Position numbers and translations under genes: made by a program. From positions 1 to 24,463 of IMG/VR virus record IMGVR_UViG_3300017925_000039: DNA of 24,463 nucleotides. One strand, written 5' to 3'. This document shows, one piece after another, positions 6,753 to 15,832 of this stretch. A model generated the notes under the pieces. The model made no database searches, was not told the origin of the DNA, and saw only the letters and a program-made list of their open reading frames with translations. Positions within the stretch are counted from its first letter, which is position 1, and each line of letters opens with the position of its first letter. This DNA is from a virus. Its lineage: Duplodnaviria > Caudoviricetes.

Positions 6753-7403
6753 ATGCCAAGATACGGACATAACAGGCTGCAATTGATTGGTAAAGAGTTT
6801 GGAAACCTAATCGTGATTGCAGCAGCACCAAATACTGCTGCTGGAAAGTCTCGCTGGGTGTGTATGTGTATTTGTGGAAATGAACACATCGCTTATGGGT
6901 CTCACTTGCGTAACGGAAAAATCACAAGTTGCGGGCATTCCCCAGTCTACTGTGTTCATGGACATCTAAGAGTTCCTGAAAACATATATCCTGATGGCAC
7001 TTGCAAAGAGTGTCAAAAAGTTCGTCGTTCTTCAGAAGAGTACAAGTCGGCTAGAAACGAGGAAAGTCGTGTGTTTTATGCCAAGACTGCTTCTAAATAT
7101 AGAAAACAAACTCGCGAAAGAATGGCCGCTCTTAAATTGGAAGTATTGACATACTACAGCCCAGAGCACGTTCTTGGGTGCTGCTGGGAGAATTGCACCG
7201 TCACGGACATCGACATGCTTAGTCTAGATCACATAAACAATGACGGTGCAGAACACAGACGCAGTTTGAATATAGGGGCTAAAGGTGGAGAAAAGTTGTA
7301 TCGTTGGGCAAAGAAAGAAAGTTTTCCTGATGGATTTCAAACTTTATGTATGAACCATCAGTTGAAGAAACAACTGTTATATTTACGTAGCAAAACGACA
7401 TAG
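6753..7403 (+). CDS. Free-standing HNH-like (His-Me finger) homing endonuclease (216 aa)
   Basis: N-terminal GKEFGNLIVI..WVCMCICGN..LRNG..TSCG DNA-binding module, then a CVHGH..CKEC Zn module, and C-terminal CC..C...LSLDHINNDG...FQTLCMNH nuclease motif. Confidence 0.85.
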   Translation: MPRYGHNRLQLIGKEFGNLIVIAAAPNTAAGKSRWVCMCICGNEHIAYGSHLRNGKITSCGHSPVYCVHGHLRVPENIYPDGTCKECQKVRRSSEEYKSARNEESRVFYAKTASKYRKQTRERMAALKLEVLTYYSPEHVLGCCWENCTVTDIDMLSLDHINNDGAEHRRSLNIGAKGGEKLYRWAKKESFPDGFQTLCMNHQLKKQLLYLRSKTT

Positions 7404-7414
7404 AGGAGGTTCGC

Positions 7415-9011
7415 TTGGGTCATACACTGCTTCAACTGGGTTAGATGAATGCAGCCCCCTCGACCAGTAATGGTTGAGTGCAGAATCGTGAGAATTCAGG
7501 GAAACACTCTAAGAGTCAATCCTGAGCCGAGCCGCCTAACGGCGGAAGGTGCAACGACTATCCCGCAAGGGAGTAGGGAACAGCGTTCCCGAAGCACACG
7601 ACGCCCGTTAGGGCGATGATATAGTCTGAACATTGCAGGCGACTGCAAGAGATCAAGCGGAAGCGGTTTGATCGTAACATATTTGACAGCATCTCTCGAT
7701 AGCTTCGGAGGGCTCGCCACGTTTTGCGACCCGCGCGATCTTCCCGAAGGCTCTTCAGGAAGAAATTGGGACATCGACTTTGCTATTGGCTCCGTTTTTA
7801 CGAGGCCGGGTTTGGTGAGTACTTACACATACGCAAGCACTTTGTATATCACTGGCTTTAGTTTGGGTTCAGGCGGGCTTGCGACATTTCAATTCACAGG
7901 GCCGGAGCCAACTATCAACGAGGGCTTCATGCTCTCAGGCTTCACTGGGATATTCTCAGTACTCAACGGGCAGACTGTGTACGTTGAGGCAGTGACCATG
8001 ACGACCTTTATGGCCGTGGCAAACGGGCCCTTAGGTACCTTCAGCGGCCTCAGCGGAACCGCTACATCTCTCACAGGACAATTTGTTGGCCCCAATCAGG
8101 GCACGGTAGCCCTTAGCACTTCTTGGCTTAACCCCTTGAACGTGTACAGCCCTACCGCGTACGCCTCAGCAGATACTGGGGCAAGTATAACAGACCCGAT
8201 TTACCCAACTACCGCAGCCAATCTCAGCTCTCCGAACACGGCGTGGACATCCCCGAGCAATGCGATTGCTGTAGGTGCATCCGTAGCCTCAGTGTCTCTG
8301 TCAATCGGCGGTGCGCCTCCACCGCCTCCCCCGCCACCACCCTCAGGGATAGTGATTGTGCAAGTGCGTACAGGCGGATATGGTTTTGCCAGCACTTCGC
8401 CAGAAGGTGTGCTTTCTGTATCTACCAATCCAGTAGGTTTTTCTAATTCAACTACTGTTAGTAACACTCTTCTCTGTGTAGTGTGGGCAGATTCAGACAA
8501 AGGCACTCCTATCATTAACACTCCCGTGACTACAGGTTTTACATGGGTGTTGGCAGGAACAGCTATATATTCAGACACAGTCAATGGAGAGTATGGCAGG
8601 GTATCGTTATACTACATAAACAATGCAGCAGCAATGTCAGGAACAACCGTAGTAAATGCAGGGAGATCATTGTCAACCTATGTGGAAGTAGAGTTCGCAT
8701 TGTATGAGTTCTCTGGCATCGTAATAGCTTCTGCCATAGATGTGTCTGCAACGAATACAGGAAATACATCAATCCCGAGCACATCATCTCTTGTCACAAC
8801 CGTCAAAGACTTAATTTTCGTTTCCATGCTCTGTGACAACTCTGTTACCCCATCCATAGGTGCAGGGTACACAGCGGGCCTTGCTTCCACCACCATAGCT
8901 TCAGGGTTGAGTCAGTACATTCCCAACCAAGCGGCGGGAACTATAGCCACAGCCTTTGGCACATCTGAAGCACATTGGGCTTGCGTAGCAGTATCATTCA
9001 AGGCGGCATAG
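7415..9011 (+). CDS. Tail hub/stabilisation protein, N-terminal part; spliced join(7415..7441,7686..9011), ~450 aa
   Basis: RBS GAGGAGG plus TTG at 7415. Removing the intron gives MGHTLLQLG|TASLDSFGGLATFCDPRDLPEGSSGRNWDIDF..VFTRPGL, an FGGL...N.D...RPG N-terminus typical of podoviral tail hub/nozzle proteins. Contains a 9-proline linker. Confidence 0.75.
7442..7685 (+). ncRNA. ORF-less group I intron (P7.1/P7.2 present, IA-like), ~244 nt
   Basis: Core elements AATTCAGGGAA, AATCCTGAGC, GTGCAACGACTA and ATGATATAGTCT. P3 TCGTG/CACGA, P7 GACTA/TAGTC, P8 CGCCC/GGGCG. P1 is exon GGGU paired to GCCC with the U.G splice pair. The intron begins with an in-frame TAG and ends in G7685, and splicing restores the frame. 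Confidence 0.9.
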
Positions 9012-9028
9012 TTTAGAAGGAGAACTAC

Positions 9029-12000
9029 ATGTCTACAGCACTTTCGGCACCGATCTTGGTCAGTGGGATAAACTTAGGTTTGCCCTTGACTGCCATAGTT
9101 GCGGGCGTAGAGGTGTCGTGCTCCACAGGTGCCTCGGGCACAGGTTCACCTTCGGTAAACATCCAGTTAGCAAGTAATGGGACAGCCATAGGTAGCTCTG
9201 TGAACGTGCCGATTAGCGGCACGATTTCTCCGTACACCATAGGCGGTCCAACATACCAATGGGGCACTACTTTGACCCCAGCCTTGTTCAACGGTCCGTT
9301 GGGGATACTTGTCACAGCGGAGTTGGATAGCGTTGCAGCAGCGAGCGCTACGTTTAACTTCAACAACCTAACCGCTACTGTGTACTATCTGTCTTCTGCG
9401 CTTTCTGACGTTTTGATTGCGCAGTCGTTCTCTTTTGTTCTGTCAGATTCCTCTGGAGTCTCTGGATTTTTCTCTACATTCAAGGCGTATTCCACTGGCA
9501 GCACTTCGATCTCTCTACAACTGCTGAACAACGGCGTACCCGTAGGCGATCCTAAGACTATCCAGCTTACCTCTGCATCTACTCTCTATCAACTTGGGGG
9601 AGCAAACGATCCTTGGGGATACCCATGGACAGCGGCCAATGTAAACAGCCTTGGCTTCGGTGTGCAGATTACAGCCACAGGCACAGGCACCTCATATGTA
9701 GGCGATCTCGACATCACAACTTTTATTACCCCTGCTCTTGAGAATTTCAACTGGATCGGCTCCTACGAGCAGCAGAACGATGCGCTCACAACCCTCGCTC
9801 TCGACGCTGGTGGCAATATGTGGAAGGAAGACCCGGTGAATAACCCGGGAGTTCTGTCTCTGACTTTAGCAGGACTCTTGCCGGGGTCATTCGCCAATGG
9901 TGCAACCCTAGACAACTCTGAGTTCGTCATGTTCTCGGATTTGACTGTGGGCACAGACCGCCCTCGTCAGTTGTACAGCGACGGCAACTGGTACCCGGTA
10001 ACCCAAGTGGGCCCCGGGGCACCTCCGAGATTCCTAGCCAGCACAGGTTCCCTCAGCGGGCTGCTTACTCTTAAGAGTTACGCTTGGACCGCTGGGGCTA
10101 CCCCCGGCACAGGCACAGCCGTTCTTACGTATGCTACGGCATCTGTGGCACCGACCGTAGGTTCTATCTACGTGATTTCTGGCACAGGCACAGCCCTCGA
10201 TGGGCAAGCCGCGATTGTCTCAGGGAGCCCTGCGCCCACCACTGCGGCGTTCACCGCCGAAGTGACAGGCACATATGGCTCGGGAACTATCACTGTCCCG
10301 CTAGGGGCTTTACTCACTCCTCAGTTCTTTTATGAAGTGGCATCTATCACTGAGACACGGGCTATCACAAACGTATCAGGTACGCCGCGCTTCGTTTTGA
10401 GCGCTGGCCCCGGCGTCACAACGGCAGGGAACAATGTCACGGTGTACTACAGCATTCATGGTTTGCCTATCGACACCTTGCTGCAGACAATGTTTGCATC
10501 TGGGAACGGGTTGTATATTTACATCTCCAATGCTGTGTCTGGGCAGTACAATTTCAATGGCGTATGGCAAGTCACTGCGGTCGGGCAAGGTAATCCCCCC
10601 GGAGTCAGCCAAACCATAGGGTACTTCTGTTTCACGTACGTCAGTTCTGGGACTCTTGACAGCATCATAGCTGGAGCAACGTTCCAAGTAACCCAAGCCA
10701 CGGTAGCTTTCCCATCCCCCGGAATTCTGGGACTATCTGCTGGTCAGCAGTTTACGATAACAGGTGTCACAGGTTCTCCGCAGTCTGGTTGGAATGGTAC
10801 ATGGACTACTGTAGAGGCTCTAAACTCCGGTCAGTACATCATCGACACGACATACTCAGACGGGACTACAGCAACCTATACATACTCCTATGCAGGCAGC
10901 AATAATCAAGACCCCATATCGGGAAACTACATCACGATCACAGGGGCTCTGCAGAACCAAGGGTACAACGGCACCTTCATCATTGCCACGGTAAATACCG
11001 GGGCGCACTCTTTCACAGTTGCCAACTTGGGACTCCCTGCTACAGTAGGGAACCCTGTAGATGAGCATTCAACTGCACAGGCAACTATGTCTGGTACGCA
11101 GTTTACATTTGACCCGGGCGAGACTTTCGTAGGTACCAACACAAATGTTATCTACGGGAACACCACGTACGCTGTGAATAACGGGCAGGTTACGATCATT
11201 GGCAACACCATCACGCCCATAGGCGCAGGAACGCGTAATGCATTCGTGTTCTTCATCACGAAGACGGGGGAGTGGACACCCGCATCTCCTATCCTTGCAC
11301 AGCCGTTTACTACACCTTCGAATGCAAACCTTTTGAATGTGTCCAACATTCCTATAGGCCCTCCTAACGTCGTCGCGCGTGGAATTGCGATAACCGAGGC
11401 AGGTGCTAATGGCGTGCCCGGGGCTAACTACTATGTGATTGAAAGACCCGTAACCCTGACGGTAAATGGGGTTACTACCACATACAGTTCTACAATTATC
11501 AACAACAACACCGACACCACAGCATCTCTCAGCTTTACGGATGCGGTTCTGCTGAATTCTACAGAAGTGGACATCCCCGGTTTCGATCTGTTTAACCTGA
11601 TTGAACTGGGAAGCTGCGCTTGGTGTGTGCCGTACTCCAGCCGTATGTTCTACGGCATGCAGTTGAACAAGGTGCAGAACTTCGACAACCTGACGTTCGA
11701 TGGTGGATCGAAATTAGAAGGTTGGGGTCTATACCCCACTGCTAATGAAATCCAACTGGTAAACAGCCCTGTAACAGGCATGGCCTATTATGTGTCCAAT
11801 ACAACTGGAAGCACACAGGCACAGATGGGGCTGATTTCACAGACCGCTTATCAAGACATATTCAACGTCGCAATTATCAACGCCAACACAGCGTATTCGG
11901 TACGCGTGGCTGCTTCCAAACCCTCTGGGGTAAGCACAGGCAACTTGGTGATTGATCTGACGGATTTGAATGGAGGAAACTTCGGGAAAACCTACGGGTC

Positions 12001-13354
12001 TTTCACGGTTCCACTATCAAGCATGAGTTCTTTGCCTAAGGTATTTTCAGGAACCCTGTTGAACAACGGAATCTTCACTGGCAACGTATCTCCCATACTT
12101 CAACTGCGCATGTCAGTGCAGAACATGGGTGCAGGGGCTGACGTGTTGGTGGACAGAATCGAAGTCTTTCCTACTCTCTTCCCGTATCTGAAGACGGAAG
12201 TCTATGGCTCCTACATCAACAAACCTGAATGGGTAGATGCCTCGGGCGACGGCGGAATTATTGATACGAGCACGGAAAATCCGCAAACGTGCTATGGAGC
12301 TGCCGTTTTGCGCGACAGCATGTACCTGCTTAAGACAAGCAGCATGTACGTCACGAAGGACAATCCGAATTCCGAACCCGGGGGTTGGAGCTTGAACGAG
12401 ATCAGCAACCGAGTGGGTGCCTGTGGCATCAACGCGTACGACGTGGGTGAAGAATGGATAGTCACTGCGTGTCGCAACGGCATCTTCGGGTTTACAGGCT
12501 CATCTCCTGAGCTTATAAACTTGGAAATACTTCAGGTATGGAACGCAATCAACTGGAATGCAGGAAATACTATTTGTCTTAGGAATGATACAGAAAACCG
12601 CAGGATTTTATGCGCTGTGCCTTTGCCAACCGGAACTTCACCTGAGGGTATACCAACGGCTACGGTTCAGTGGTTGCCCTATGCACCTTATAATCCTGCT
12701 CCGCTTACCCCCAATGTTTTACTAATATTAAACTACCAAGGCATCGGGTCGTTTGAGGAGTTGTTGCACAACATATCGGTCCACTGTACCATGTATGGGA
12801 CGCTAGCCGCCCCAGACATGCGCAGGAAGTGGACAATCTGGCAGATACCTACTCCGTATATGGGGCTGGTAACTAGAGCAAACCTCATTGACATGCCTCT
12901 GATGGTCTGTAACGGGATTGAATCTTCTAAGATTTACCAGTTCGACATCAATGCAACCAGTGATGATGGAGCTGCTATCTGGGGCTTATACACCACGTAC
13001 GGTTTTGTAAACGCTCAAAAAGCAGTGACCATGCCTATACTAGGGTTGCACAATAAAAGGTACACCGTGTTGCAGTTTAATGCACAAGGTGAGGGAAATG
13101 CGAAGATTAGATTGTTACCCAACGATCTGAACGCTCGTTATCCTTATTCCATACCCGGAGGAGTGAATCTTTCTTATCCCGTTATGGATGACTACATGAA
13201 GTCGATAAACGCCAAAGGTCAAAGAATGTTCTATGAAATTTCTACTGACGCAGTTGGAAGTTGGTGGGAACTTTGCAAAGTTCTTTTGACAGGTAAGGCT
13301 GACCCCTGGAGTCCAATCAACCCCACGGGTGGAGGCAATGCTGGAATAGTGTAA
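9029..13354 (+). CDS. Large tail hub/nozzle-like virion protein, C-terminal part, with inserted beta-rich domains (1441 aa)
   Basis: RBS AAGGAG. G/T/S-rich beta domains. The C-terminal propeller-like region (VGACGINAYDVGE, IYQFD..SDDG, YTTYGF) is consistent with P22 gp10/T7 gp12-like proteins. Confidence 0.75.
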   Translation: MSTALSAPILVSGINLGLPLTAIVAGVEVSCSTGASGTGSPSVNIQLASNGTAIGSSVNVPISGTISPYTIGGPTYQWGTTLTPALFNGPLGILVTAELDSVAAASATFNFNNLTATVYYLSSALSDVLIAQSFSFVLSDSSGVSGFFSTFKAYSTGSTSISLQLLNNGVPVGDPKTIQLTSASTLYQLGGANDPWGYPWTAANVNSLGFGVQITATGTGTSYVGDLDITTFITPALENFNWIGSYEQQNDALTTLALDAGGNMWKEDPVNNPGVLSLTLAGLLPGSFANGATLDNSEFVMFSDLTVGTDRPRQLYSDGNWYPVTQVGPGAPPRFLASTGSLSGLLTLKSYAWTAGATPGTGTAVLTYATASVAPTVGSIYVISGTGTALDGQAAIVSGSPAPTTAAFTAEVTGTYGSGTITVPLGALLTPQFFYEVASITETRAITNVSGTPRFVLSAGPGVTTAGNNVTVYYSIHGLPIDTLLQTMFASGNGLYIYISNAVSGQYNFNGVWQVTAVGQGNPPGVSQTIGYFCFTYVSSGTLDSIIAGATFQVTQATVAFPSPGILGLSAGQQFTITGVTGSPQSGWNGTWTTVEALNSGQYIIDTTYSDGTTATYTYSYAGSNNQDPISGNYITITGALQNQGYNGTFIIATVNTGAHSFTVANLGLPATVGNPVDEHSTAQATMSGTQFTFDPGETFVGTNTNVIYGNTTYAVNNGQVTIIGNTITPIGAGTRNAFVFFITKTGEWTPASPILAQPFTTPSNANLLNVSNIPIGPPNVVARGIAITEAGANGVPGANYYVIERPVTLTVNGVTTTYSSTIINNNTDTTASLSFTDAVLLNSTEVDIPGFDLFNLIELGSCAWCVPYSSRMFYGMQLNKVQNFDNLTFDGGSKLEGWGLYPTANEIQLVNSPVTGMAYYVSNTTGSTQAQMGLISQTAYQDIFNVAIINANTAYSVRVAASKPSGVSTGNLVIDLTDLNGGNFGKTYGSFTVPLSSMSSLPKVFSGTLLNNGIFTGNVSPILQLRMSVQNMGAGADVLVDRIEVFPTLFPYLKTEVYGSYINKPEWVDASGDGGIIDTSTENPQTCYGAAVLRDSMYLLKTSSMYVTKDNPNSEPGGWSLNEISNRVGACGINAYDVGEEWIVTACRNGIFGFTGSSPELINLEILQVWNAINWNAGNTICLRNDTENRRILCAVPLPTGTSPEGIPTATVQWLPYAPYNPAPLTPNVLLILNYQGIGSFEELLHNISVHCTMYGTLAAPDMRRKWTIWQIPTPYMGLVTRANLIDMPLMVCNGIESSKIYQFDINATSDDGAAIWGLYTTYGFVNAQKAVTMPILGLHNKRYTVLQFNAQGEGNAKIRLLPNDLNARYPYSIPGGVNLSYPVMDDYMKSINAKGQRMFYEISTDAVGSWWELCKVLLTGKADPWSPINPTGGGNAGIV

Positions 13355-13357
13355 GAA

Positions 13358-13436
13358 ATCTCTGGAATAATTACCCAGAGCAGAGTTGGGAGATGCTATG
13401 AACATCTCCCTTCTCACCTTTTCATAGGAGGAAAAA
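13358..13436 (+). promoter_or_regulatory. Structured RNA leader copy 4
   Basis: ATCTCTGG-aataattac-CCAGAG CAG AGTT GGGAGATG [CTATGAA] CATCTCCC ttctcacctt TTCATAG GAGG aaaaa ATG. The loop is perfectly complementary to TTCATAG. Confidence 0.85.
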
Positions 13437-13961
13437 ATGCCAAACGCAAAGTTTTATAAAAAGCATGCAGAAAGACTTAAAAAGCAAAACGCTGAGTACT
13501 ACAAGCGTAATCGTAGAAAAGTCTTAGCAACAAACAAAAGGTGGAACGATTCTCATCCCGAGAAGATGAAAGAAGCTTCTAAAAAGTGGGCAGAATCAAA
13601 CCCCGAGGAAGCCCTTGCAAGGTACAGAAGGTACCAGAACAAAAACAGAGAATTATGCAGGGCTAGATGCCGAGATTACCAGAAGAGAAACCCTGAGGTT
13701 TTCAAGGCTAAGAACAACAAGTACACCACATCTAAAACGGGTGCAGGTGGTTCCTTCGCTGCTGCCGAGTGGAAAGCTTTGTGTAAGCAGTGCCATAATC
13801 GTTGCTTATGCTGTGGCAAGCGTAGGAAACTCACAGCAGACCATGTGATCCCAGTCTCTAAGGGCGGATCAAGCAACATAGAAAACATTCAGCCTCTTTG
13901 CCAACCTTGCAATTCAAGCAAAGGAAATAAGACAATAGACTACAGGAGGAGAACCCAATGA
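13437..13961 (+). CDS. Free-standing HNH homing endonuclease (174 aa)
   Basis: C-terminal CLCCG...LTADHVIPVSKGGSSNIENIQPLCQPCNSSKG and N-terminal basic helical (W/Y)..N(P)E repeats. ATGA overlap with the next gene. Confidence 0.93.
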   Translation: MPNAKFYKKHAERLKKQNAEYYKRNRRKVLATNKRWNDSHPEKMKEASKKWAESNPEEALARYRRYQNKNRELCRARCRDYQKRNPEVFKAKNNKYTTSKTGAGGSFAAAEWKALCKQCHNRCLCCGKRRKLTADHVIPVSKGGSSNIENIQPLCQPCNSSKGNKTIDYRRRTQ

Positions 13962-14581
13962 TCGGCAAATCAGCAATCCTAGAAGGTGGTCAGGAGCTGA
14001 CTAAGATTCAGCAGCAAGACTTCAACAACGGTACCCTCCTCCAACGCATCATTGATGCGGTTAATTCCGTAGCTTTGAACCTAGGTGGCGCGGCAGTAGG
14101 AAAACTTACCCCACCTCCTCCGATAAATTCGATTCAAGTCAGTGGCACGCAGAGTGGAAACGTCATCACCTGTGCTAGCGAACATCTGCATCTTACCTTA
14201 ACCCACAACGGGGAGTTAAGAAAAGGCATCCAATATATCCACGAGATCGCTACGGAACCAAACTTTCTGGCTCCGCACATAATTGATGGAGGCAGTAGCA
14301 GATCTTTGTTCGTACATCTACCCGCATTGGATAACAACGGAAAAGTTCAGACTTATTACCATAGAGCATTCGCACAATATAACGGTTCCGATCCGCAAAA
14401 ACCCACGGTTCTTGGCGGCCTAGCAAGTGCGACACAGATTCAAATGACCGGCACGAGCAAGTGTACACTCCTTAGCTCTACCGGGTCAGGCACAGCCGAT
14501 CCTTCTGGTATGCAAGGGGGCAAGGGGTTGGGCACGGTATTAACGCGCCCCGCACCGGGACCGAAGAGGAATGTAGCATAG
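13958..14581 (+). CDS. Hypothetical virion protein (207 aa)
   Basis: RBS AGGAGG, translationally coupled, and located between the tail hub and GNAT-like genes. Confidence 0.75.
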   Translation: MIGKSAILEGGQELTKIQQQDFNNGTLLQRIIDAVNSVALNLGGAAVGKLTPPPPINSIQVSGTQSGNVITCASEHLHLTLTHNGELRKGIQYIHEIATEPNFLAPHIIDGGSSRSLFVHLPALDNNGKVQTYYHRAFAQYNGSDPQKPTVLGGLASATQIQMTGTSKCTLLSSTGSGTADPSGMQGGKGLGTVLTRPAPGPKRNVA

Positions 14582-14611
14582 AAGTCGGGCGTAGTTTTTA
14601 CACGCCCAGAA

Positions 14612-14689
14612 GTCTAGGACCTCGAATCCTAGATTAGGGTTGGGAGGTGCCAGTTACATCTCCCTTCTCGACCTTAACTGGAGGAAGAA
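14612..14689 (+). promoter_or_regulatory. Structured RNA leader copy 5 (not followed by a nuclease)
   Basis: TCTAGGA-cctcgaa-TCCTAGA TTAG GGTT GGGAGGTG [CCAGTTA] CATCTCCC ttctcgacct TAACTGG AGGA agaa ATG. The first loop is identical to copy 3 and the second stem is near-identical to copy 4. Confidence 0.85.
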
Positions 14690-15172
14690 ATGACTATGTG
14701 GGCCATGCAACTCCAAAAAAGGATCGAAGTGCTCAGATCACAGATTAAAGGGAGAGAAAAAATGAGTGAAGAAGCCCTAATTAGAAACTACACTCCCAGA
14801 GATTTTCTTTCTATACGTAAAATTCATGAGAAGAATAACATAGACTACTGTTTGCCTGATCTTAGTAGATTCTTAATCAATAAGGTCTTAGAAGTAGATG
14901 GAGAAGTTAGAGCCTCTTATGGTATGCAAAGTGCTGCTGAATGTTACCTTTGGCTAGACAAGGGAAATTGGACTGGTGCCGAAGAGCGCTGGTTGGCAAT
15001 CAAGGCTTTGGACAGAGAAGCTACAGAAGAGGTTCGGAAACTGGGAATAGAAAACGTTTTGTGCTGCATTCCCCCAGGGTATGAAAGATTTGGAAGACGC
15101 ATCAAAGAATTAGGCTACAAACCCCTACGTGATGGGTGGACGATTTACTGCAAAGCAGGAGACCGAAAATGA
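14690..15172 (+). CDS. GNAT-like acetyltransferase-fold virion assembly protein (P22 gp14/T7 gp13 position); alternative start at 14762
   Basis: LIRNYTPRDF..I..IH N-terminus and RKLGIENVLC...FGRRIKELGY C-terminus are GNAT-like. It lies just before the ejection proteins. The second ATG at 14762 has its own GGGAG RBS. Confidence 0.6.
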   Translation: MTMWAMQLQKRIEVLRSQIKGREKMSEEALIRNYTPRDFLSIRKIHEKNNIDYCLPDLSRFLINKVLEVDGEVRASYGMQSAAECYLWLDKGNWTGAEERWLAIKALDREATEEVRKLGIENVLCCIPPGYERFGRRIKELGYKPLRDGWTIYCKAGDRK

Positions 15173-15771
15173 ATATCAGCAAACTGTTTTTTCAAACATG
15201 GATACAACCAGCATTCGGATGTTTCCTGCGAGCCGAAGAGAGTATGGCCAAAGGCGATGCAGCTACTGCAGGCAACGTAGCGGCTGGCTATGGGTCGCAA
15301 GCTGCCGCTGAAGGGGCGCAGCTCAACCCCTTTGCTCAACGCGAGATGCACGCCGAGCATATGTTCGACCCAACGCAACTGAACGAGTTGCTGACACACG
15401 CTGGCTTGGGTGCAGGCGCAACATCGGGAGGGCTAGAAGCTGCTATGCAACGCCAAGCAGCCACTACTGGCAATGCTGCTGGCATGTCGAAGAGTTTAGA
15501 TGAACTTGCTCGCGACCGTACGAAGGCCGCTGCAGGCGCATCCGAGGGCATTGCTGCACAGGATGTCATGGGTGCACAGCAACTTCGTCAGCAGGGCGCA
15601 GGGGCACTGCAGGGTTTGTACGGAGAGAACCTCAAGGGCCAACTTTCCGCAATGGGTCAAGAATCTGCAGACATCAACGCAGCCACCAACGCAAGCAAGA
15701 CCGGCTGGCTACAAGATACAGAAGGCGCTCTAAAGACCGGGGCTGATGTTTACTCCGCATTTAAGGGCTAA
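15169..15771 (+). CDS. Putative DNA ejection (pilot) protein, P22 gp7-like position (200 aa)
   Basis: ATG 15169 with RBS AGGAG, overlapping the upstream TGA. Ala/Gly/Gln-rich helical sequence. Confidence 0.6.
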   Translation: MNISKLFFQTWIQPAFGCFLRAEESMAKGDAATAGNVAAGYGSQAAAEGAQLNPFAQREMHAEHMFDPTQLNELLTHAGLGAGATSGGLEAAMQRQAATTGNAAGMSKSLDELARDRTKAAAGASEGIAAQDVMGAQQLRQQGAGALQGLYGENLKGQLSAMGQESADINAATNASKTGWLQDTEGALKTGADVYSAFKG

Positions 15772-15832
15772 GGATTTGATTATCTCACAAAAGATTGGAC
15801 TGTGCATTGGTCCTTAGAAGGATTTTGAAAAT

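Noticed and set aside
7668-7685. TTG start proposed by the ORF track for the 447-aa protein
   Set aside because: It lies within the 3' end of the group I intron. The RBS-backed start is 7415.
9009-9031. Stop readthrough or frameshift fusing the two tail hub ORFs, or TAG recoding
   Set aside because: The ORFs are in different frames, the ORF2 frame has a TAG at 9014, and ORF2 has a strong RBS. TAG ends several genes normally.
2164-14689. Leader repeats as a CRISPR array, REP elements, terminators or a cobalamin riboswitch
   Set aside because: They are dispersed, have no spacers and no U-tracts, and always abut a start codon. The kissing-loop-over-SD logic resembles cobalamin riboswitches but no B12-box core is visible.
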